Assembly: GCA_034670305.1 (NCBI GenBank)
Contig: JAXMNT010000012.1
Location: 91,534 to 155,533 of the forward strand
Direction: 5' to 3'
DNA length: 64,000 nt
Origin: Deltaproteobacteria bacterium
GTDB taxonomy: Bacteria > Myxococcota_A > Polyangia > Polyangiales > Houyiibacteriaceae
The notes beneath the pieces are model-generated. The model was not told the origin of the DNA. It saw only the letters and a program-made list of their open reading frames with translations, and searched no databases. This document shows, piece by piece, positions 36,952 through 46,366 of this stretch (position 1 is its first letter; every line of letters begins with the position of its first letter). Both the position numbers and the translations under genes were made by a program.

Positions 36952-37761
36952 TCAGTCGTCGTCCTCGGCTTCTTCTTCTTCTTCTTCGTCGTCGTCTTCT
37001 TCTTCCTCGTCGTCGTCGGGTGCCTCACTCCCGTGTTCGTGGTGCCCGCGCGAGTGTTCTCCGAGCCGGCGCAGGGTATCCACCGTCCGGTCCATCCGGC
37101 CTCGGTCTTCGCGTTCATCTTGTTCGCGCGACCCGGTGCGCGTGGGCATGGGGCCGTACGCGGTGCGGCCGGCCAACCGGATCAGCACGCCGAGTCCGGT
37201 CTCGAACTGCCGGACGTCGGGTCCGTCGAGGATGGTTCGGTCGTACCCGATCGGCACGTACAGGCTCACACGACCCCAGAGGATGATGCCGATGCGCAGT
37301 TGGCCGCCGAGCCCGACCACGCGGGTGGTCGTGCCGGATGCCGCCCCAGCGACCCAACCGAGCCCGCTGTCTATGCCGATCGAGGCGTAGGGCACGACGG
37401 GGCGCCGGTGTGCGCTGCCGCCGACGAGTGGCACCTGCAACCGCAACCGGAAGCGCACCGTGTTGGCGCGGTCGCCGATGGGTTGCGGCAAGGTCGGCAA
37501 CGCGTGGCTCCGCATCACCAAGCCGAGCGCCAACACGTCCAGGGCGAGGTACTCGAGCGTCGCCTCTCCAGAGAACGAGTTCGCCGCCGTGCCTTGCCCT
37601 CGACCGAAGAGTCCAGCGAACGCACCGCCCATGTGAAGGCTCTTCTTGAAGCTGATGTTGATGCCGCCCGAGGGACCGTAGGGGCCAGCGAACGCCGCCG
37701 AGGGCACGACGAAGAAGAGCAGCGTCACGATCGACGCGGTGAGTGCACTCCGGGCAAGCAT
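36952..37761 (-). CDS. Secreted beta-barrel-like protein with poly-acidic tail; paralog of 32536-33396
   Basis: Shares KSLH.GGAF.GL.GRGQ, LPQPIGDRA and RQFETGLGVLIRLAGRT.YGP with the paralog. Confidence 0.72.
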   Translation of the reverse strand: MLARSALTASIVTLLFFVVPSAAFAGPYGPSGGINISFKKSLHMGGAFAGLFGRGQGTAANSFSGEATLEYLALDVLALGLVMRSHALPTLPQPIGDRANTVRFRLRLQVPLVGGSAHRRPVVPYASIGIDSGLGWVAGAASGTTTRVVGLGGQLRIGIILWGRVSLYVPIGYDRTILDGPDVRQFETGLGVLIRLAGRTAYGPMPTRTGSREQDEREDRGRMDRTVDTLRRLGEHSRGHHEHGSEAPDDDEEEEDDDEEEEEEAEDDD

Positions 37762-37794
37762 CCCCTTCCGTACTGGGCGACCGCTGGCGCGCAA

Positions 37795-37933
37795 GCCGCA
37801 GCGCCGGCGGCTCCGAGGCGGGCGGCTGCGGGTTCGCGGTCGAGGTCGGGCCACCGCCGCAGGCGAGGCCCATGGCGAGCACCGCGAGGCCGGAGGCACG
37901 AAGGGGGTGGGTGTGGTGTTCTTGCGGGTTCAT
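37795..37933 (-). pseudogene. 5' remnant of a lipoprotein gene divergent from the LysR gene
   Basis: AGGAG RBS, then MNPQEHHTHPLRASGLAVLAMGLACGGG (lipobox); runs out of frame into the next gene's upstream region. Confidence 0.45.
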
Positions 37934-38048
37934 CGGTCTTGTCTCCTGTCGCCCGTCCATCGGGCACGAGAAGGAAGCTAGTGGCCGCAAACGAGCCATC
38001 AATGGCGAGGATTGACACAGCTATGTCCGATTTCGGACACTTGGTGCG

Positions 38049-38919
38049 ATGCCTGCCACCGATCTGGATTGGGACGACCTGCGGTTCTTCCTGGCGCTCC
38101 ACCGCAGCGGGCACGTGTCTGGGGCCGCCCGCGCGCTCGGCGTGAGCCGCTCGACCATTCACCGCCACCTCGCCTCGCTCGAGGAAGCCGCCGGTCGGCC
38201 GCTTGTGGAACGTCACGCGGAGCGGATCGCACTGACCCCGACTGGCGAGCTGCTCTTGCCGATCGCGGAGCGGGTCGAAGAGGACCTCCTCGGCGGCGCG
38301 CCTCTTCAGCGAGGAGGTCGAGTTGGCCGGGCGGGTCGACCTGGCGGCGTTCGAGGGCGCGGGGTCGTTGCTCGCGCCCGCGCTCGCTTCTTTCCAGGCG
38401 CGCTACCCGCGGATCGAAGTGCGGCTCTTCACTTCTGCGCAGGTCGTGAGCCTCACGCGACGCGAGAGCGACGTCGCGGTGCGCGCAACCGACCAACCGA
38501 GCGAACGGCTCTTCGGCCGACGGGTCGGCCACCTGCACTTCGCGGTCTACGCCAACACCGCGATCGCGCAGGACCCGGAACGCGCCGCCGCCGCACCCTG
38601 GGTGCGCTGGGATCCGCGCATGAGCGCCGCCGACGTGTGGAACCTGACCCATGCGGACCACGCACACCGCGGTGTGGCGGTGGAGGTCGACTCGATCCTC
38701 GTGCTGCGCGATCTGGTGCTCGCGGGCGCGGGCGTCGCGTACCTGCCCGTGTCCTTCGCGCGCCAACACCCCGGACTCGTAGGCATCGGTCCGATGCCGC
38801 AACCCGACGTCGGCGTGTCGGTCTGGGTGCTCACCCCCACCGACCTTCGCCGGTCGGCCCGGGTGCGCGCCTTGATGGAACACCTCTGCGATCACCTGCC
38901 CACGCTGCTCGACGTCTGA
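38049..38919 (+). pseudogene. LysR-family regulator with a frameshift near 38290-38300 (or a sequencing error)
   Basis: HTH DWDDLRFFLAL...S.AARALGVSRST..R...LE in one frame; substrate domain ..FQARYPRIEV...LTRRESDVAVR in the +1 frame to TGA 38919. Confidence 0.85.
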
Positions 38920-39001
38920 GCCGGAGTCATCGCCACGCTTCGTCGGTCAATCGCGCACAGGCTGTGAGGACGCCGTCGCCCCAACGTGCGAACCTCTGCG
39001 C

Positions 39002-40033
39002 ATGGCACGACGGATGGTTGGGGTGTTGGCGCGGCGGGGGATTCGTAGGGCGGGCATCCGTGCCCAGCTCTTGGCCTGCTTGGTGGTCGCGGTCGCGCTG
39101 ACATCGGCGGCGGCGGCGGACACCCCGTGTCCCGGCGTGAACACGGTGGTGGTCGGTCACCGCGGTACCGGGACCGACACGGACGACAACCCGTTCCCCG
39201 AGAACACGATCGCTTCGTTCACCCAAGCTGTGACCGAAGGCGCGACCATGATCGAGCTCGACGTACAGCTCTCACGCGACGGGGTGCTGGTGGTGATGCA
39301 CGACGACACGGTCAACCGCACGACCGACGGAACCGGCTGTGTGGCGGAGCTCGACCTCGTCGAACTGCAGGCACTGAACGCTGGAACGGAGACCATCCCG
39401 ACCCTCGAGGAGGTCTTCGCCGCGGTCGACGTCGACGTCAATGTGGAGATCAAGGTCGCGGACGAAGGCGGCCCCTGTCCGGCCACCGACCGGCGGGCGC
39501 TCGCCGAAGAACTCACGATGGTCCTTGGCACCAGCGCCGGTGATCGCACCATCGTCGTCAGCAGTTTCGACTTCAACCAACTCCTGGCCGTGCGTTCCGC
39601 CGACCCGGACGTGCGGCTCGCGTCCCTCTTCGTCGCACGCGACGGGTTCGCGCCGGCCCTGGCGGAGCGCATGGACGCGCACCCGCTCGTGCTCGCCGTG
39701 CGCGCGATCGAAGTCGACGCGCACCACGCCGCCGGCCTCGCCGTGCGCCCGTTCACCGTGAACGACGAGGTCACCTTGGAGCGCATGTTGCGCCTCGACG
39801 TCGACGGCATCGTGACGGACGAGCCGGCGCTCCTCGCCGCGACCAAGACTCGGATCTGCGAAGCGCACGTGTGTCCCGAAGACGCGGGCACGCCGGACGC
39901 GGGGGACGCGGGCGCCGGCGACGCGGGGGTTGCGGCGGACGGTGGCGGATGCGCGGCCGGCGGGGCCGGTGGTGGTGGTGCGGTGTGGTTCGTGGTGGCG
40001 TGCGTCGTGGGCTCTCGCCGAGGCCGACGCTGA
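39002..40033 (+). CDS. Secreted glycerophosphodiester phosphodiesterase with MYXO-CTERM-like tail
   Basis: [53 protein letters not shown]..hydrophobic..RRGRR. Confidence 0.9.
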   Translation: MARRMVGVLARRGIRRAGIRAQLLACLVVAVALTSAAAADTPCPGVNTVVVGHRGTGTDTDDNPFPENTIASFTQAVTEGATMIELDVQLSRDGVLVVMHDDTVNRTTDGTGCVAELDLVELQALNAGTETIPTLEEVFAAVDVDVNVEIKVADEGGPCPATDRRALAEELTMVLGTSAGDRTIVVSSFDFNQLLAVRSADPDVRLASLFVARDGFAPALAERMDAHPLVLAVRAIEVDAHHAAGLAVRPFTVNDEVTLERMLRLDVDGIVTDEPALLAATKTRICEAHVCPEDAGTPDAGDAGAGDAGVAADGGGCAAGGAGGGGAVWFVVACVVGSRRGRR

Positions 40034-40049
40034 CGGGGTGGCGTTTGAA

Positions 40050-40278
40050 GTCGACGCCGAAGCCGACGCCGAAGCCGACGCCGAAGCCGACGCCGAAGCC
40101 GAAGCCGAAGCCGACCCCGAAGCCGAAGCCGAAGCCGAAGCCGAAGCCGATCCCGAAGCCGAAGCCGAAGCCGAAGCCGACGCCGAAGCCGAAGCCGAAG
40201 CCGACGCCGAAGCCGAAGCCGAAACCGGAGCCGGAGCCGAATCCGAAGCCCCGAACGAAAGCCGAGGCTGAAGCCGAC
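40050..40278. repeat. Intergenic hexamer array (gccgaa/gccgac)n, about 38 units
   Basis: Directly visible; fills the gap between two convergent stop codons. Confidence 0.95.
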
Positions 40279-41658
40279 CTACTCTTCGCGTTCGAAGGCG
40301 CCGAGGTCGGGGGCGCTGCCTTCGAAGGGATCGCCGAGATCTTCGCCCTGGTCCAGGAGCGCGCTGCCGGCCGCGGGGTGCAGGAACCGGCTCGCCTCGA
40401 CGAGGGCGAGCGCTTCGGCGGCGGTCTCTTCGCCGGTCAGCGCGGGCGGGGTGACGTTCTCGAAGTCGGCGGCGACCGGCTCGATGTCGAGGTCCCAGCT
40501 GTTGCGGCGGGGCGTGTCCATCATCTCGGCGGTCGCCCGGTCCGAGTTGAACGACGCGTTGTTGTTCCACGGGTTGTTCGCGTGCCGATTGTGGAATCCG
40601 ACGCGGTCGTCGAAGCTGATGCCGTGGTCGATGGAGGTCTCTTGCGCGCAGTTGCTGTCGAACCCGCGGCGCGGATGGCCCCACGAGACATTGCGGGAGC
40701 CGCTGTTCCCGCGGGAGTCGCAGTTGCCCATCTTGAAGCCGTTGCCGTCGCCCTCGAAGCCCGCGCCGTCCCATCGGTTGATGCCGTTGCCGACCGCGTA
40801 CGAGCCTTCGATGCGGGTGTTGTTCGAGCCCCAGAAGTCGTAGCCGTCGTCCGAGTTGCCAAACGCGATCGTGCGGGTGATGAGACCGCCCTCGCAGTGC
40901 GCGAAGGAGATGCCATCCGCGCCGCCGCCGTCGGCCGGTGCGCCGTCCGCACCGAACTGGTTGTAGCTCGCGAAGATGTACGAGTTGGAGACCCGCCCGC
41001 CGGTGTTCGTCCAGAAGTTGATGCCGGTCGTGCCGCACTCCCGCAGCGTGGCGTCGTCGATCCAGGCGTGGTCTGCGAAGACCCGGATGCCTGGGCCGGA
41101 CGAGTCCTCGACCGTCACGTGCCGCACCACGTTCCAGTCTCCGCTGATCCGGATCTGCTCGGCATGCGGCTCTCCGCCGCGGCCCGGCCCGCGGAAGATC
41201 ACCGCCTCGCCGGGGTGGCCTTCCCAGCGGATCGGCGCCTCTTCGGTTCCGTCCACGGTCAGCTCCACGAGCGCGCGGTACACGCCCTCGCGCAAGTACA
41301 CGAGGTCGCCGGGGCCGACGACCTCGAGCGCGCGTGCCACCGTCGCAAACGGCTCTGATTCGGTGCCCGGGTTGGCGTCGTCTCCGTCGAGCGCGATGTA
41401 GTAGTCCGCGACTTCGGGCGGCGGCGCGTCCGGCCCGCCATCCGTGCCGGCGTCTTCGGTCCGGTCCGCGTCTTCGCCGACGCCGCCGTCTTCGAGCGTG
41501 GCGTCCGGCAGAGTCGCGTCCACGGCGCCGCCATCGCGAACCCCGGCATCTTCGCCGGGCGCGGCCGAGTCGTCGCCGCACCCCATCGCGAACGCAAGGC
41601 AGAGGACGCAGCGGACTGCGGTGAACTGGAAACGGGTGCTCGTGTCGATCGACGCCAT
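40279..41658 (-). CDS. Right-handed beta-helix lipoprotein, polysaccharide lyase family 9-like
   Basis: MGC lipobox; G.D.NPGT...[34 protein letters not shown] end. Confidence 0.83.
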   Translation of the reverse strand: MASIDTSTRFQFTAVRCVLCLAFAMGCGDDSAAPGEDAGVRDGGAVDATLPDATLEDGGVGEDADRTEDAGTDGGPDAPPPEVADYYIALDGDDANPGTESEPFATVARALEVVGPGDLVYLREGVYRALVELTVDGTEEAPIRWEGHPGEAVIFRGPGRGGEPHAEQIRISGDWNVVRHVTVEDSSGPGIRVFADHAWIDDATLRECGTTGINFWTNTGGRVSNSYIFASYNQFGADGAPADGGGADGISFAHCEGGLITRTIAFGNSDDGYDFWGSNNTRIEGSYAVGNGINRWDGAGFEGDGNGFKMGNCDSRGNSGSRNVSWGHPRRGFDSNCAQETSIDHGISFDDRVGFHNRHANNPWNNNASFNSDRATAEMMDTPRRNSWDLDIEPVAADFENVTPPALTGEETAAEALALVEASRFLHPAAGSALLDQGEDLGDPFEGSAPDLGAFEREE

Positions 41659-41950
41659 CGGGATGCTCCTGCGCACACGGCACCACGCGCACCAACCGGC
41701 AGCAACACATCGAATCGGTCACTGACCGGGTTCCTCAGGCTGCCGATGCGTGGGAATGCGGCGGAGCCGGCGGATCTGATCGCTCGTATGCGACCCGTTG
41801 GTTCGAAGCGCGACGACAAGTGAAACTTGCATCTGGTCCGAGGAACGACGGGCCAACCGCAAGACTCCGAACGACGTCTCGAGACTTGGCCGCGTGCGTT
41901 TCGTCAATCGGGCTGGTAACCGGCGCCGAAGTGCGGCGTACTTTCACCCG

Positions 41951-42403
41951 ATGGCAACGACGTTGAACTGGGCCGAGATCGAACGACGCACGCGCGAGGG
42001 CAACGCACCGCCGCCGCGGCGGGTGGACAAGACCGAAGACGAGTGGCGCGCCGAGCTGACGCCGGAGCAGTTCGCGGTGGCACGGGCGAAAGGGACCGAG
42101 CGTCCGTACAGCTCGGAGATGTGTTCGAAGTTCGAGCCGGGCGTCTACGCGTGCGTGTGCTGCGGGACCGAGCTCTTCGACGCGACCGCGAAGTTCGAAT
42201 CGGGCAGCGGGTGGCCTTCGTTCACCGCGCCGGTCGACCTCGAAGTCGTCGCGTACATCGGCGACCGCTCGCACGGCATGATGCGCGTCGAGACCGTGTG
42301 CGCCGTGTGCGACGCCCACCTTGGCCACGTCTTCCCGGACGGCCCAAAAGACAGCACCGGCCTCCGCTACTGCATCAACGCGGTCGCCCTGCGCAAAGTC
42401 TGA
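41951..42403 (+). CDS. msrB: Peptide-methionine (R)-S-oxide reductase
   Basis: W...LTPEQ..V.R.KGTERP, two CxxC, KFESGSGWPSF, HLGHVFPDGP, RYCIN. Confidence 0.96.
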   Translation: MATTLNWAEIERRTREGNAPPPRRVDKTEDEWRAELTPEQFAVARAKGTERPYSSEMCSKFEPGVYACVCCGTELFDATAKFESGSGWPSFTAPVDLEVVAYIGDRSHGMMRVETVCAVCDAHLGHVFPDGPKDSTGLRYCINAVALRKV

Positions 42404-42595
42404 GCAGACCGCGAACCCGCGTCAGGACGCGAAGGTGGCTTTGATCGCGTTCAGATGGCCATGAACTCAGTCGCAGCCGAGCGAGATGCCGGCAAAGCCC
42501 CAGCCGGCGCCAGCCTCGCCCGTCACACGGAGGCCCAGCCGACGTCCGGTGCTGGCGGACATCGGCCGTGGGCGCAGATCGGGTATGGTTCCGCG

Positions 42596-42949
42596 ATGAA
42601 CTTCGAGTCGGTCGACGTGGACCAGATTCTGGCGCTCGATGCCGCGGGCCTCGACGCGCTTGCGTTCGGGGCGGTGGTGATGGCGCCGGGCGGCATCGTC
42701 GAGCGGTACAACCGGTTCGAGGCGAACCTTTCCGGGCTCGATCCGAAGGACGTCGTCGGGCGGGACTTCTTCGTCTCGGTGGCGCCTTGCACCAACAACT
42801 ACCTCGTGCGCGAGCGTTACTTCGGGGAGCCGATCGACGAGGTGATCGACTACGTCTTCTCGTACCGCATGAAGCCGACCCGCGTGCGCCTGCGCCTGGT
42901 GCGTCCAGCCGTTGGGTCCTGGTTGCTGCTCGTCGAGCCGCGCGGGTGA
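42596..42949 (+). CDS. pyp: Photoactive yellow protein-like PAS protein
   Basis: LD.LAFG, YN..E..LSG, GRDFF..VAPCTN, YVF.YRMKPT.V; Y42/E46/C69 equivalents present. Confidence 0.85.
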   Translation: MNFESVDVDQILALDAAGLDALAFGAVVMAPGGIVERYNRFEANLSGLDPKDVVGRDFFVSVAPCTNNYLVRERYFGEPIDEVIDYVFSYRMKPTRVRLRLVRPAVGSWLLLVEPRG

Positions 42950-42967
42950 GCGAACGGTGAACAAAGC

Positions 42968-43807
42968 GTGAGCGAAGACGCCTCGCTGCTCGAGCTGCTC
43001 TACCTCGTACCGGTCGGCATCGTCCGGTGCGATCCGAGCGGCCACGTGCAGATGCTCAATCCTGCGGCAACCGCCGTCTTGATGGAGCTCACCCGCGGCG
43101 CACCAGCCGACAACGTGTTCGACGTGTTCGAGAAGTTCGAACCGGCCATCCGGCCACCGGCCGACGCTCCCTCCGCGTACGTGCGCACGAGCCGGCTCCA
43201 GCTCGACGAAGAACGGGTGCTCGAGGTCTCGGTCACCCGGCCCACCGCGTCGGACTACATTCTCGTCTTTCGGGACGTGAGCGCGCTGGTGAGCCGCGAA
43301 CGCCAACTCGAGGTCCTGGCGACCACGGACATGTTGACCAACCTCGTCAACCGCCGCGCCATGCGCGAGCGCATCGCGGGACGGCTGGTGTCTTTGCAGC
43401 GCTATGGCGGAGAGGCCGCGCTGCTCTTTCTCGACCTCGACGACTTCAAGTCCGTCAACGACACCCATGGCCACGACGCCGGCGACGCAGTCTTGGTCGC
43501 GTTCGCGCACACCCTTCAGCAGACCGTCCGAGAGTGCGATGTCGCGGCACGGTGGGGCGGCGAAGAGTTCGCGGTGCTGTGCGAGTCCACGCCACTCGAA
43601 GGCGCGACTCGAACCGCCGAGCGCATCCGCGAGGCGGTCGAGCAGATCGCGATCTTGCACAACGGACACACCCTCCGGGTGACCGTGTCGATCGGCGTCG
43701 CGCAGCTGACCGCTGAGGAGACCGTGGACGAAGCGTGCGCACGCGCGGACGAAGCGCTCTACGCCGCCAAACACGCCGGCCGCAACACCGTCACCGTCGC
43801 GCGCTGA
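42968..43807 (+). CDS. PAS-like plus GGDEF diguanylate cyclase
   Basis: D.LT.L.NRR, DLDDFK.VND.HGH..GD, RECD I-site, GGEEF, AD.ALY.AK..GRN. Confidence 0.93.
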   Translation: MSEDASLLELLYLVPVGIVRCDPSGHVQMLNPAATAVLMELTRGAPADNVFDVFEKFEPAIRPPADAPSAYVRTSRLQLDEERVLEVSVTRPTASDYILVFRDVSALVSRERQLEVLATTDMLTNLVNRRAMRERIAGRLVSLQRYGGEAALLFLDLDDFKSVNDTHGHDAGDAVLVAFAHTLQQTVRECDVAARWGGEEFAVLCESTPLEGATRTAERIREAVEQIAILHNGHTLRVTVSIGVAQLTAEETVDEACARADEALYAAKHAGRNTVTVAR

Positions 43808-43909
43808 CGTTGTTCCCCGACGAGGACGCGGTACGATGAGGGTCATGGGGCCCTCCTCTCCGCGCTCCAGCCGCCAGTCGGAACAGACCTCTACCGCGGC
43901 GCGCCCGAC

Positions 43910-44074
43910 ATGCATGTCGTCGACGCCGGTGAGACCACAATGGTCTCGTACCTCATCGGTGGGCTCATCCTCGGTGCCGTGCTGTGCATCGTCGGCGTGA
44001 CCGTACGCGACCGCGTGCGCCGCAGTCGCGCAGCCGCGGCCGCTGAATCCAAGAAGGCGCCAACCTCCTTCTGA
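43910..44074 (+). CDS. Small single-TM protein, 44-54 aa (below the ORF-track cutoff)
   Basis: (MHVVDAGETT)MVSYLIGGLILGAVLCIVGVTVRDRVRRSRAAAAAESKKAPTSF; TM helix followed by basic residues. Confidence 0.5.
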   Translation: MHVVDAGETTMVSYLIGGLILGAVLCIVGVTVRDRVRRSRAAAAAESKKAPTSF

Positions 44075-44112
44075 CGAGCGTTCTCTCTGTCGTACGCGTG
44101 AGAAGCTGTGGC

Positions 44113-45279
44113 TCAGAGGGTGATCAGGACGCCGCCGTTGTCTGCGCAGACCGTGCCCGGCTCGGGCAAGCAGATCCCGGTGAGGCAGCCCCGTTCCGGA
44201 TCGTCGCAGGTCGCGCATCCGGGCAAGTCGGGGTGGTCCTCGCAGCGGCGGGGTGCGCAGAGCAGATCGCCGGCGCAGGCATCGGGGGACAGGCTGGGGC
44301 ACGGTTCGCCTTCGCCGGCGGGGCGGATGCAGAGGTCTTCCACACACGCGAGTCCCTCGGCGCACCGCAACGTCGACGAGCCCGGGAGACACACGTCGCC
44401 TTCGCGCGGGACCTCGACGCAGCTCGCCATCCCCGTCTCCACATCCGCGCTGCACGACAACCCTTCGGCGCACGAGACTCTGCACATCTCGCCGAGCGTC
44501 GGCGGCGGCTCGCACGTACCCGACATGCAGTTCTCGGAGAGACAATCGTCGAAGCGGCTGCACGCTCCGCCGAGTTCCACCTTCGCCGCGCACACCGGCG
44601 GCTCGACCATGAAGTCGCACCGCGCGTCGACGCACCGGAAGGCGGCATCGGGCGCACACGGCTCCCCCAGAACAGGAAGGGACTGGCATGTTTCCAGCGT
44701 CCGGTTGCAGTACAGCGCCGGGTCACACGTGCCGAGGACCGACTCGCCGTTCCAGCATCGCTCGCCTTCGGCGAGTAGGCCCGCCGTCGGGATCTGACAC
44801 GGCAGCTGACAGGTTCCAAAACAGATCAGGCCTTGGGCACAGTCGCTCGCGGACGGGCGTCCGGTGCATGCGCCACCTTCGGGAACGTCCCCGTGGAAGA
44901 CCAGGCAGGTCTCGGGCCCGCAGTCGTGCGACACCGGGCCGACCTCGCAGCCTCGGTCGCGCATCGCGTTCAGACGGCGCGCAAGGCAGTCGCCGTCGTA
45001 GGTCAGCCCAAGCGCGGCTGCTTCTTCGACCGTGTCCTGCCAGACGAAGCGCATCCCGATCGCGCATGTGTCGAGTTCGAGGTCCACGCCGGCGAACTCG
45101 CCGCACGCGCATCGGCCCCAGGCGGTGCAGAGCCGGTGCGACATCGCGTCCGCGGCACGCGACTCATCGATCGGTCCATCGACCGGACCGGGGTCCGGGA
45201 ACCGCGACTCGGGCGACCCGGAGTCACCGCACCCGACGAACACGAAGAGACTCAAGCCCAAAGCCACGGCTACACGCAT
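44113..45279 (-). CDS. Cys-rich repeat lipoprotein
   Basis: VGC lipobox; repeated GE.C....C..GL.C units. Confidence 0.8.
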   Translation of the reverse strand: MRVAVALGLSLFVFVGCGDSGSPESRFPDPGPVDGPIDESRAADAMSHRLCTAWGRCACGEFAGVDLELDTCAIGMRFVWQDTVEEAAALGLTYDGDCLARRLNAMRDRGCEVGPVSHDCGPETCLVFHGDVPEGGACTGRPSASDCAQGLICFGTCQLPCQIPTAGLLAEGERCWNGESVLGTCDPALYCNRTLETCQSLPVLGEPCAPDAAFRCVDARCDFMVEPPVCAAKVELGGACSRFDDCLSENCMSGTCEPPPTLGEMCRVSCAEGLSCSADVETGMASCVEVPREGDVCLPGSSTLRCAEGLACVEDLCIRPAGEGEPCPSLSPDACAGDLLCAPRRCEDHPDLPGCATCDDPERGCLTGICLPEPGTVCADNGGVLITL

Positions 45280-45491
45280 TCGAACAGCGTGCCAGCCCGC
45301 CCAATGCGTCGACAAGTCCGGTGGATCGGTGTCCCTGGTTGCGGCCAGCGCGAGTTGGGAGTTCGACTCGGCGCGTAGCGTACCCGACGGCCAGCCTCGC
45401 GCAGAGCCAGCGGTGTCACACCGGACGGGGTTTGGGCTGTGCCCCCAAGAATACCGGAGTGCGCGGGAGGCGGTGGCGCGGTAGAAGGCGC

Positions 45492-45920
45492 CATGGGCAG
45501 GACGGAGCCGGCGCGTCGTCGAAGCTCGGGTCCGAGGGGGCCACCGAGGTCGTGGTCACCCCGATCGACAAGCTGGTCGTCGATCACCAGCTTCCTCGGA
45601 TCGACGTCGTCAAACTCGACGTCGAAGGCGCCGAACGAGAAGCGCTCGAGGGCGCACGTGCGTCGCTCGAGCGCTACCGTCCGCAGGTCCACATCAGCAT
45701 CTACCACCGCTTCGACGATCTCTTCGAGCTGCCCCTGATGCTGGCCGAGTGGTTGCCCGGCTACCGGTGGTACCTCGGACACCACAGCTACTACCAGATG
45801 GAAACCGACATCTACGGGATCCCGATCGAGAAGTGGGTCCGGGGCCGGGCACGCCGGGCCGGACGGAGGATGAAGAAGCGAATTCAGACCCGCCTCGGAC
45901 GGGTGCTGCGTCCCAGCTGA
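45492..45920 (+). pseudogene. C-terminal half of an FkbM-family methyltransferase
   Basis: ID.......IDVVKLDVEGAE..AL.GA...L.RY.P...ISIYH..DDL..LP; no SAM-binding N-half upstream. Confidence 0.72.
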
Positions 45921-45936
45921 ACAGGCTCCTGCAGTC

Positions 45937-46200
45937 CTAGCGCTTCATCGTGAGGATCGTGTCCCAAGGTTGGTCGTCGAAGATCGGATCGATCGCGTCT
46001 TCGCCGACGATCGGGAGCCCGAGCGCCTTCGCTTCTTCGAGCTGCTTGCCGGCACCGCGGCCCGCGATGACGAGATCCACCTTCTTGCCGATCTTCTTCA
46101 CGACCTCGGCGCCGATGTCGTAGAGGCCGAACTCGATCTCGTTGCGCGGTTGGCTGTCGAACTCACCGATCACACAGACCGTCTTGCCCTCGATGCCCAT
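45937..46200 (-). CDS. Stand-alone BRCT domain protein (LigA C-terminal type)
   Basis: GKTVC..GEF....R.E......IGA.V...I.KKVD.VIAG..AG.QL..A..LGLPIV.E. Confidence 0.82.
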   Translation of the reverse strand: MGIEGKTVCVIGEFDSQPRNEIEFGLYDIGAEVVKKIGKKVDLVIAGRGAGKQLEEAKALGLPIVGEDAIDPIFDDQPWDTILTMKR

Positions 46201-46366
46201 CGTTCGAATGCTGCGGCCGGGACGGCCCAACGTCCAGCCTGAACCGATGCCGTCTCTGTCGGCGTCAAGGACGGCGGGGCGACGCTCAGAGAAAGCCCCA
46301 CGGCGAAGTGCACCGGAATCTGCTCGAGCTGGTGGGCTGCAACACCTTGCTTCGCCGGCGGTGGGT

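Noticed and set aside
32536-37761. DGR template/variable repeat pair between the paralogs
   Set aside because: Differences are not adenine-specific and both copies are full ORFs
40050-40278. CRISPR array, or a PK/EA-repeat protein (ORFs 39871-41358, 39930-40271)
   Set aside because: Simple hexamer repeat with no unique spacers or cas genes; the ORFs overlap real genes
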